The notes beneath the pieces are model-generated. The model had not been told where the DNA came from. It was given only the letters and a program-made list of their open reading frames with translations, and did no database searches. Below are positions 1 to 4,914 of a DNA stretch of 6,888 bases, in pieces. Numbering within the stretch: the first letter of the stretch is position 1; every line of letters begins with the position of its first letter. The position numbers and the translations under genes are program-made. The DNA comes from Thermosulfurimonas dismutans (GTDB lineage: Bacteria; Desulfobacterota; Thermodesulfobacteria; Thermodesulfobacteriales; Thermodesulfobacteriaceae). The DNA is taken from positions 1 through 6,888 of the forward strand of contig NZ_LWLG01000026.1 in the NCBI RefSeq assembly GCF_001652585.1, given 5' to 3'.

Positions 1-187
1 ATTGGTGGCATAGTAGGGGGGATAAGTTTCGAGCCTACCTATAAGGAATGGAAACACAATAAAGTGGTCGTGAACATATTTCCAAATTACGGTTTCGAGC
101 CTACCTATAAGGAATGGAAACCTTTCTCAGGTCTTCTTCTGTCTTTATAGTTTCAAGGTTTCGAGCCTACCTATAAGGAATGAAAAC
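1..187 (+). CRISPR. Terminal (trailer) end of a CRISPR array. Repeats lie at 26-55, 92-121 and 158-187; full spacers at 56-91 and 122-157; a partial spacer at 1-25.
   Basis: The 30-nt repeat GTTTCGAGCCTACCTATAAGGAATGGAAAC is identical at 26-55 and 92-121. The copy at 158-187 differs by one base (GGAATGGAAAC becomes GGAATGAAAAC). The period is exactly 66 nt and the two 36-nt spacers are unrelated to each other. The + orientation is favoured because the repeat ends in ATGGAAAC, which resembles the ATTGAAAC/G 8-nt tag. It is also favoured because the degenerate repeat is the last one and only 24 nt separate it from the next ORF, leaving no room for a leader. Both repeat ends are GTTTC.../...GAAAC, so orientation is not certain. 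Confidence 0.93.
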
Positions 188-211
188 GGGAAGGGGAACC
201 TGATTGAGCGG

Positions 212-544
212 GTGGAGATCGAGTGGACACAACGGGCTGCCGAATTCCGGCAAGGGCTTATTGCCCTGGAGTTTAAGCTAGCCAAACAATTGGCAGGCCG
301 GAGGCTCACCTTGGAGCAGGTTCGGGAGATCTTGCGGAAAGAAATCTTTGAGATCCTGCGGTCCTATGCCCGGAAAGGGGCCTATACGCCCAAGGTGGAT
401 GAGAGGTGGAGCCTGGAGGAGTTTGAGGCTCCCTACTTCAAGTTTTTGCAGGCTCTGGAGAAAACGAACTGTCCTTTGAGCAAGATCAAAGTAAAGCTTG
501 AGTGTCCTTCTCAGAACCGGAGAGCCAAAAAGGGCGAAAAATAG
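212..544 (+). CDS. Hypothetical protein, 110 aa, helical and K/E/R-rich, with no family recognised.
   Basis: ORF with a GTG start at 212, 24 nt after the last CRISPR repeat. It is first in a same-strand run of closely spaced or overlapping ORFs. I can recognise no motif in it. Confidence 0.5.
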   Translation: MEIEWTQRAAEFRQGLIALEFKLAKQLAGRRLTLEQVREILRKEIFEILRSYARKGAYTPKVDERWSLEEFEAPYFKFLQALEKTNCPLSKIKVKLECPSQNRRAKKGEK

Positions 545-561
545 GTTCTATTTGTGGCAAA

Positions 562-762
562 ATGGAAACTATGGACCTTCTCATGGGCTGGAAGGAGATA
601 GCCAGGATTTTAAGGGTTTCGGAGAGGACGCTTAAGGATAATTGGGAGCGGTGGGGCTTACCCATCAAGTTTTTGCCCACCAAGCGAGGATATAAGAAGC
701 CGGTCACGACGCTTTCAGCGCTTAAGAGGTGGCTGGAGGAGCCAGGGCCTAGCGGTTCTTGA
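562..762 (+). CDS. Small HTH DNA-binding protein of the excisionase/MerR-like (Xis/AlpA-type) kind.
   Basis: The sequence METMDLLMGWKEIARILRVSERTLKDNWERWGLPIKFLP...LSALKRWLEE fits the short excisionase-family HTH pattern (xxEIAxxLxVSxRTLxxW...GLP...WL). The ORF track opens the frame at GTG 502. ATG 562 gives the typical ~66-aa size. The start is uncertain and no strong SD precedes either candidate. Confidence 0.65.
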   Translation: METMDLLMGWKEIARILRVSERTLKDNWERWGLPIKFLPTKRGYKKPVTTLSALKRWLEEPGPSGS

Positions 763-998
763 AATATCGAAGCCTTGACGGGACTCCCTCGGTTCGGGAA
801 AATGGAAACATGAAGATGTTAACCAGGGAAGAGCTAAACCAGGTCATGGCCTACTATTTTAAGGCCTCCTTTACAACTAGAAATGAAGAGGCCGATAAAG
901 AGGAGTGGTCCCGTATACTTCAAGAGGTAGAGGCCACCGAGGAAGAGCTTTCCACCCCTGAATGGCAAGAGGCCCTGAAATACCTAGCCGAGCACTAA
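759..998 (+). CDS. Small acidic hypothetical protein, a candidate non-Phd antitoxin for the downstream Doc.
   Basis: TTG at 759 overlaps the upstream TGA stop (cTTGA), an arrangement that allows translational coupling. An alternative start at ATG 810 would give a 62-aa product, MKMLTREELNQV.... The C-terminal half is strongly acidic and helical (EEADKEEWSRILQEVEATEEELSTPEWQEALKYLAEH). The 3' end overlaps doc by 37 nt. I can see no family motif. Confidence 0.5.
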   Translation: MKYRSLDGTPSVRENGNMKMLTREELNQVMAYYFKASFTTRNEEADKEEWSRILQEVEATEEELSTPEWQEALKYLAEH

Positions 999-1417
999 GA
1001 AACTGTCTTTCCCCCAGGACACTAGTCCTCCTTAACTGGAAGTCAATCCAAAAAGAGGGCGGTTCTTTTGGTGTTCTCAAGCCCGAGCTCTTAGTGAATC
1101 TGGCAGAGCTCGTGGAGCAAACCGCCCATTATATGGCCCAAGAGGGAAGATCCCTCGATTTTATAGAAAGGGTTTCGTTGGCGGTCTACCTTCTGGTCAA
1201 AGGGCATCCTTTTCAGGACGGGAACAAGCGGACGGCTTTAAGGATGCTGATTAACTGTCTTCGGTTGGCTGAGCTAAAATATACCGGAAGGCCCATAGAT
1301 CTGGCCTATAGCATCGAGGCAATTGCAAAAAGCGATCCGAGTGAAAAAGAAAAGCTCTTTTTAGAGTTTGCAGGTTTTTTAAAGAGACATCTCCAAAGAC
1401 GAGACAAAGTAGCCTAG
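962..1417 (+). CDS. doc: Doc (death-on-curing) family toxin with a Fic fold.
   Basis: The motif HPFQDGNKRTA (nt 1205-1237) matches the Doc variant of the Fic motif, HxFx(D/N)(A/G)NKR, which has K where AMPylating Fic proteins have G. The N-terminal pattern LSPRTLVLLNWKSIQKEGGSFGVLKPELLVNLAE resembles the usual Doc N-terminus (L..e.vl.lh...i...GG..Gv.d..lLesa). ATG 962 is the first codon after an in-frame TGA at 959-961. Confidence 0.85.
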   Translation: MARGPEIPSRALRNCLSPRTLVLLNWKSIQKEGGSFGVLKPELLVNLAELVEQTAHYMAQEGRSLDFIERVSLAVYLLVKGHPFQDGNKRTALRMLINCLRLAELKYTGRPIDLAYSIEAIAKSDPSEKEKLFLEFAGFLKRHLQRRDKVA

Positions 1418-1419
1418 CC

Positions 1420-1599
1420 CTATTCCTCTCCCTGGCCCTCTTCAGGAACCGAACGGCCATACTTCCGCAAGAGATCCCGCATGGCCTCCTCGAGGAGGTC
1501 ATTGAGACGACGGTTCTGCTCCACGGCCAGGTGCTTAAGCTCCTTCAAGAGGTCTTGATCTAAGGGGGTGGCAAACATTTTCCTATTTCTTTTGCCCAT
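1420..1599 (-). CDS. Ribbon-helix-helix (CopG/Arc/MetJ-type) DNA-binding protein, 59 aa, not in the supplied ORF track.
   Basis: My minus-strand translation from ATG 1599-1597 to TAG 1422-1420 is MGKRNRKMFATPLDQDLLKELKHLAVEQNRRLNDLLEEAMRDLLRKYGRSVPEEGQGEE. This has a basic N-terminus, a short strand (KMFATPLD) and two helices, which is the typical RHH layout. A GGGAGG Shine-Dalgarno (reverse complement of 1606-1611) lies about 6-7 nt upstream of the ATG. The stop lies 2 nt from the doc stop, so the two genes are convergent. Confidence 0.75.
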   Translation of the reverse strand: MGKRNRKMFATPLDQDLLKELKHLAVEQNRRLNDLLEEAMRDLLRKYGRSVPEEGQGEE

Positions 1600-1659
1600 A
1601 ACAGCCTCCCACTTATAGATTACCCTATCTTGAACTTTTTAACAAGCAAACTTGCATAC

Positions 1660-1687
1660 TTGACATAGAGGGAATCTTGAATATGCT
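1660..1687 (+). promoter_or_regulatory. Candidate sigma70-type promoter for the 1723 ORF.
   Basis: A perfect -35 TTGACA at 1660-1665 is followed by a 16-nt spacer and TATGCT at 1682-1687, which matches TATAAT at 4 of 6 positions. This is a pattern match only. Confidence 0.4.
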
Positions 1688-1688
1688 A

Positions 1689-1706
1689 GCAAGCAAGCAA
1701 GCAAGC
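1689..1706. repeat. Tetranucleotide microsatellite (GCAA)4 + GC.
   Basis: The sequence gctaGCAAGCAAGCAAGCAAGCtcaaAGGAGG lies between the candidate -10 and the AGGAGG SD (1711-1716) of the 1723 ORF. A related CAAGCAAACTTG element, with a CAAG/CTTG inverted repeat, lies at 1643-1654 in the same intergenic region. Confidence 0.9.
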
Positions 1707-1722
1707 TCAAAGGAGGTGCCCT

Positions 1723-2079
1723 ATGAGAGAAGAGCTTACAAGACACCTTGAAGACTTCGACATCAAGCCCCGTGAGCTTATAGACGTGGCCGTGGCCCTG
1801 GACTTCCTGGCCGACGTGGCCCGGTTAGCTGAAGAGGCTAGAGAAGCGGACCCGAAGGATCGGGAGGGCCTTGCCTTCCTAGCCCGAAAAGTCCAGGACG
1901 GTTTCTCCACGATCCTGGACGTGCTCAAGACTCACACTATGTGGATGTCCGAAGACCTGGGCCACGCCAAGTACAAGCTTGAGAAGACCGTCAATGACCT
2001 TCTGGCCCAGACTAAGACCCAGAAGCCCGGGCCCGAGGAGGAAGAGGACATCAACGACGGGTGCGGGTGCGAGGACTAA
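1723..2079 (+). CDS. Hypothetical acidic protein, 118 aa.
   Basis: ATG 1723 is preceded by a strong AGGAGG SD at 1711-1716 with 6-nt spacing. The protein looks helical and ends in an acidic tail, PGPEEEEDINDGCGCED. No family is recognised. Confidence 0.65.
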   Translation: MREELTRHLEDFDIKPRELIDVAVALDFLADVARLAEEAREADPKDREGLAFLARKVQDGFSTILDVLKTHTMWMSEDLGHAKYKLEKTVNDLLAQTKTQKPGPEEEEDINDGCGCED

Positions 2080-2083
2080 AGTC

Positions 2084-2118
2084 AAAAAGGCCGGGAAGGT
2101 AACTTTGCCTCCTCGGCC
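2084..2118 (-). terminator. Candidate rho-independent terminator that reads as canonical only on the minus strand.
   Basis: GGCCGGGAAGG (2089-2099) pairs with CCTCCTCGGCC (2108-2118) around an 8-nt loop, giving an 11-bp GC-rich stem with one mismatch and one wobble. A run of five As at 2084-2088 supplies a U5 tail only for a minus-strand transcript. On the + strand the stem is followed by CCAAACC, with no U tract. Confidence 0.35.
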
Positions 2119-2198
2119 CCAAACCACCATCCCGGCGCCTCCTTGTGTAGTGACCCCCTCCAGGACTGCACAGGGTATAATGCGGGAAGGAGGGGAAA

Positions 2199-2513
2199 AT
2201 GAGCTCACCAGAACCAGAGGTCAAACGTTGGACAGCTAAGCGCAAGACCCAGGTAGTTTTAGACATTCTAAAGGGCAAGACCACCGTAGCTGAGGTTGCA
2301 AGGCGTTACGATCTCAAGCCCAGTGAAATTGAGGGCTGGGTAGAGGAAGGTATTCGTAGCATGGAAAATGGCTTACGAGCTCGTCCTAGAGACCTTCGTG
2401 AACAATATGAAGCTAAACTCAGGGAAGCGTATGCAGCCCTAGGAGAAGCTCAGCTGGAGATCAAAGCCCTAAAAAAGTTGCAAAGCCTGCTCGACTTGGA
2501 CGAGACGTCATAA
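2199..2513 (+). CDS. IS3-family transposase OrfA (HTH plus leucine-zipper-like region).
   Basis: The sequence KRWTAKRKTQVVLDILKGKTTVAEVARRYDLKPSEIEGWVEE is the typical IS3 OrfA HTH. It is followed by a coiled region, LREAYAALGEAQLEIKALKKLQSLL. A GGAAGGAGGGG SD precedes ATG 2199. Confidence 0.9.
   Translation: MSSPEPEVKRWTAKRKTQVVLDILKGKTTVAEVARRYDLKPSEIEGWVEEGIRSMENGLRARPRDLREQYEAKLREAYAALGEAQLEIKALKKLQSLLDLDETS
2471..2477 (+). promoter_or_regulatory. Programmed -1 ribosomal frameshift heptamer A AAA AAG.
   Basis: In the orfA frame the codons read ctA AAA AAG (L-K-K). After a -1 slip the reading continues from 2477 as GTT GCA AAG CCT GCT CGA CTT GGA CGA GAC GTC ATA AAG TCG GTG CAG. This runs with no stop into the orfB frame, and 2519 minus 2477 is 42 nt. 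The result would be an OrfAB fusion, as in IS3/IS911/IS150-type elements. Confidence 0.8.
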
Positions 2514-2518
2514 AGTCG

Positions 2519-3328
2519 GTGCAGGCAGAACTAGCAGCTGAAGGTTACAAGGTGTCTTTGAGTAAGCTTTGTCGGTGGCTGGGGGTTGCCAGGGGGACGC
2601 TTTATTATCGACCCAAGGGACGCAAGAGACCACTTGACGAGGATAAAGTGGCCAAGGTGAGAGAAGTGATAGAGAGGTTTCCGAGCTATGGATATCGGCG
2701 GATAGCAGCGGTATTGGGCTGGAACCGGAAGGTGGTGCAGAGGATCTGTCAGAGGAAGGGTTGGCAGGTGAGGAGGAGACCGAAGGGTAGTCGGCCGCGG
2801 GCCAGAGGTCGCATTTCGGTAGCCACTAGGCCCAATGAGAGATGGGCCACGGATTTGACGATGGTTTGGTGTGGCCGGGACCGATGGTGCACCTTAGCGG
2901 TGGTCATTGACTGTGCCACGCGGGAGGTCCTTGGCTGGCGATTAGCCAAGCGAGGAAATGCGGTAACAGCAGAGGCAGCTTTGGAAGAGGCTCTAATATC
3001 TCGGTTTGGATGTTTAGGGCGGATACCTGGGGAATTAATGCTCAGGAGTGATAACGGCTTGGTGTTTACCTCTAAGAGGTACACGGCCACGGTAAGGGCT
3101 TACGGTCTGAGGCAGGAATTTATAACGCCGTATAGTCCGGAGCAGAATGGAGTAGTAGAGAGATTTATCAGGACGCTGAAGGAAGAATGCATTTGGCAGC
3201 ACAGATTTGGGAGTTTAAGTGAAGCAAGGGAGGTGATAGGGAACTGGATGAGATATTACAACATGGAGAGGCCGCATCAGGCCTTGGGGTATCAGGCACC
3301 GTCGGATATGCTAGCAATAGCAGCTTGA
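2519..3328 (+). CDS. IS3-family transposase OrfB (rve/DDE integrase core), most likely made as an OrfAB fusion spanning 2199-3328.
   Basis: The DDE triad is visible: WATDLT (first D), LRSDNGLVFTS (second D) and SPEQNGVVERFIRTLKEE (E). The usual C-terminal YN.ERPHQALGYQ motif is present. The GTG at 2519 is probably only the track's first permitted start codon, not the real initiation site. Confidence 0.9.
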   Translation: MQAELAAEGYKVSLSKLCRWLGVARGTLYYRPKGRKRPLDEDKVAKVREVIERFPSYGYRRIAAVLGWNRKVVQRICQRKGWQVRRRPKGSRPRARGRISVATRPNERWATDLTMVWCGRDRWCTLAVVIDCATREVLGWRLAKRGNAVTAEAALEEALISRFGCLGRIPGELMLRSDNGLVFTSKRYTATVRAYGLRQEFITPYSPEQNGVVERFIRTLKEECIWQHRFGSLSEAREVIGNWMRYYNMERPHQALGYQAPSDMLAIAA

Positions 3329-3356
3329 GTCGTGCAAAAACCAGGGGGTTATTACA

Positions 3357-3818
3357 GAATCCTTAAAAGAACTTTTCGAAGAATGTGGATATGAAGTAAA
3401 TTTAACTCCTACGACAGGAGATTATGGAGCTGACTTAGTCTTAAAAAATGGCGATTCAAAAATCGTAGTGCAAGCAAAAGGGGGAGAATCACCTATAGGA
3501 ATAAGAGCTATTCAAGAAATATATACAGCCAAAGACCTTTATGAAGCTCAGGAAGCATGGGTTATCACAAATTCATATTTTACAAAATCAGCAGAAGAAG
3601 CAGCTCGAAAACTAAATGTAAAACTTTTTAATAAACTTCATTTAATGCGGATAATTAACCAAGTTTCTGGCTATAATGCAATTTTAAAAATAAAAAAAGA
3701 GCTTTATCTAGTTGAGGAAACTCTTGAAAAATTGAGAACTAGAGAGCAAGAGCTTTTAAAAGAAAAGAAGGCGCTAGAAGAAAGACTTTCAGAAATAGAA
3801 AAAAAGATTAAAAACTAA
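3357..3818 (+). pseudogene. 5'-truncated Mrr-type (Mrr_cat, PD-(D/E)xK) restriction endonuclease domain gene with a C-terminal coiled coil.
   Basis: The frame is open from the first base after the IS3 right end. It reads ESLKELFEECGYEVNLTPTTGDYGADLVLKNGDSKIVVQAKGGESPIGIRAIQEIYTAKDLYEAQEAWVITNSYFTKSAEEAARKLNVKLF. This matches the Mrr_cat pattern (FE.l...ll...GY.v..t...gDgGiDl......k..vQcK......v....v.el.g........g.lvT...ft..A...a). There is no start codon or RBS at the 5' end; the track's GTG at 3468 lies inside the catalytic core. The segment is visibly far more AT-rich than its neighbours. Confidence 0.75.
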
Positions 3819-4347
3819 ACACTTCAAAGATCTCTGGTGAGAGATAGAGCGGAGGCAGAAAAATCCTTTTGGCTGATAAAATTTTTTGCTTTTTAGGCCC
3901 TGGTAAATCCTTAACCTAGTCTCGCAGACTTGAAGTAAGAAGGGCCACTCGGTGTCACAGGTTTTGAGTTCCCAGGCAAGCTCCTCCACGGAAAGACACT
4001 CCTGGACCTCAAGCTCTTGGAGCCACTAGGCAGAAAGCCAGTTAGAAGAAGCTGATGATTTTGGTGTCCTTATCTAAAGCATTTTTACCGAGGATGTTTC
4101 TTTCGTTAAACCATAGACCAGAAAGAAAACGAGTATACAAAATTCTCAAAAGCTTTCTCTCCGAGGTGGGGAATAGGTGGGGAAAACCGTTTTCTCTCGA
4201 AGAGGCGATTTTCTGAAATCCTTGAAATTCGTGGCTCCCCGGTCGAAACGCTCCGCAAAAATTTTTGGCCTACCTCATAACAGCTCTTTACCTTCGGCAA
4301 GACCGTAAGTGGCAGGAAATTAAACGAAGAGTTATCTTTTCTTCACG

Positions 4348-4593
4348 ATGCCCACAGCTAAGAGGATAGGTCCGTACCGCTTATTCTTCGTTTCGTCCGA
4401 TTTCCACGAACCACCTCATGTTCATGTGCAACGGGAGAAGATGGTGGCCAAGTTTTGGTTAGACCCGGTGGCCTTGGCTAAAAATCGAGGCTTTTCTATG
4501 GTAGAATTAAATAGAATTGCCCGGATAGTAGAAGAAAATCAGACCGAGCTATTGGAGAAGTGGTATGAATTTTTCGGAAATCCCCAGAGCTAA
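4348..4593 (+). CDS. DUF4160-family protein, 81 aa.
   Basis: The sequence RLFFVSSDFHEPPHVHVQREKMVAKFWLDP carries the DUF4160 signature (i.iy..dH.PPHfHv..g...a...l). The C-terminal ELLEKW is also typical of the family. Confidence 0.8.
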   Translation: MPTAKRIGPYRLFFVSSDFHEPPHVHVQREKMVAKFWLDPVALAKNRGFSMVELNRIARIVEENQTELLEKWYEFFGNPQS

Positions 4594-4903
4594 AAAAATA
4601 GAAATTAAGGACGACCGTCTCATAGTGGAACTGGTGGACGGACGAATCCTAATAGTGCCTCTGGTCTGGTATCCCCGTTTATGGCACGCTACACCAGAAG
4701 AACGCAAGCAGTTTGAACTTCTTGCCGACGGAGAAATAATCCATTGGCCTCTGATAGACGAAGACCTGAGCGTGGAAGGCTTGCTTGCAGGACGCAGATC
4801 CGGAGAGTCGCCGGAGTCCTTCTCTAAGTGGCGCAAGAGTCGATCCGGCCGAGAGACTTCGGACCAAAAGATGGAACCAGACACTTTAATCGGAAGCGGG
4901 TAA
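4565..4903 (+). CDS. DUF2442-family protein, 112 aa.
   Basis: The sequence LIVELVDGRILIVPLVWYPRLWHATPEERKQFELLADGEIIHWPLIDEDLSVEGLLAG matches the DUF2442 pattern (l.v.l.DGr...vPl..yPrL..At.eer...eli..G..ihWp.lDeDlsvegLl.G). ATG 4565 overlaps the DUF4160 gene by 29 nt. Confidence 0.8.
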   Translation: MNFSEIPRAKKIEIKDDRLIVELVDGRILIVPLVWYPRLWHATPEERKQFELLADGEIIHWPLIDEDLSVEGLLAGRRSGESPESFSKWRKSRSGRETSDQKMEPDTLIGSG

Positions 4904-4914
4904 AAAACTTTTTA

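Larger units (their letters stand above)
2146..3356 (+). mobile_element. Complete IS3-family insertion sequence, 1211 bp.
   Basis: The terminal inverted repeats are TGTAGTGACCCCCT (2146-2159) and the reverse complement of 3343-3356, TGTAATAACCCCCT. They match at 12 of 14 positions and have the TG...CA tips typical of IS3. An internal TGCAC block is shared with a 1-nt offset. The element has the two-ORF orfA/orfB organisation with orfB in the -1 frame and an A AAA AAG slippery site. A perfect TATAAT lies at 2176-2181, upstream of orfA. The flanks (ccttg on the left, gaatc on the right) show no direct repeat. Confidence 0.9.

Noticed and set aside
56-157. Possible self-targeting by the two complete spacers.
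   Set aside because: Scanning both strands of the window by eye, I found no match to either spacer. A short similarity to ccttctcag near 507 is not meaningful.
559-569. AAAATGGAAAC occurs at 559-569 and again at 799-809. It contains the 9-nt 3' end of the CRISPR repeat (AATGGAAAC), and both copies lie at or near gene starts.
   Set aside because: Only 9 nt match the repeat and the repeat's 5' two-thirds are absent. At 562 the match is simply the start codons ATG GAA AC. In a 6.9-kb window a few chance 11-mer duplicates are expected. These copies are in the sense (tag) orientation rather than the anti-tag orientation, so I see no mechanism. It would be worth a look only if it recurs in relatives.
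486-2284. Track ORFs 486-707(-), 877-1080(-), 1251-1502(-), 1707-1928(-), 1879-2208(-), 1979-2239(+) and 2051-2284(-).
   Set aside because: All of them overlap better-supported genes on the opposite strand or in another frame. They have low-complexity R/S/P/G-rich translations typical of shadow ORFs, and none has a motif or RBS.
2749-3090. 113-aa minus-strand ORF inside IS3 orfB.
   Set aside because: It is antisense to a clearly recognisable DDE transposase, and its R/S/A-rich translation has no motif.
3830-3845. Perfect hairpin ATCTCT-GGTG-AGAGAT, 12 nt after the stop codon of the Mrr remnant.
   Set aside because: The stem is only 6 bp and AT-rich, and no U tract follows. That is not enough to call a terminator.
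4268-4280. GCCTACCTCATAA resembles the repeat core GCCTACCTATAA. A TCGAAAC, the reverse complement of the repeat's 5' end, lies nearby at about 4241-4247.
   Set aside because: The match is short and interrupted. The two pieces are in inconsistent orientations, there is no spacing or second copy, and nothing suggests a degenerate array or an orphan repeat.
3789-4300. Minus-strand ORFs 3789-3989 and 4106-4300.
   Set aside because: They have no RBS, a non-ATG or poorly placed start, and no recognisable domain. The first overlaps the end of the Mrr remnant. I treat them as unexplained sequence rather than genes.
4549-4884. Minus-strand ORFs 4549-4884 and 4679-4867.
   Set aside because: They are antisense shadows of the DUF2442 gene, and their S/R-rich sequence has no family features.
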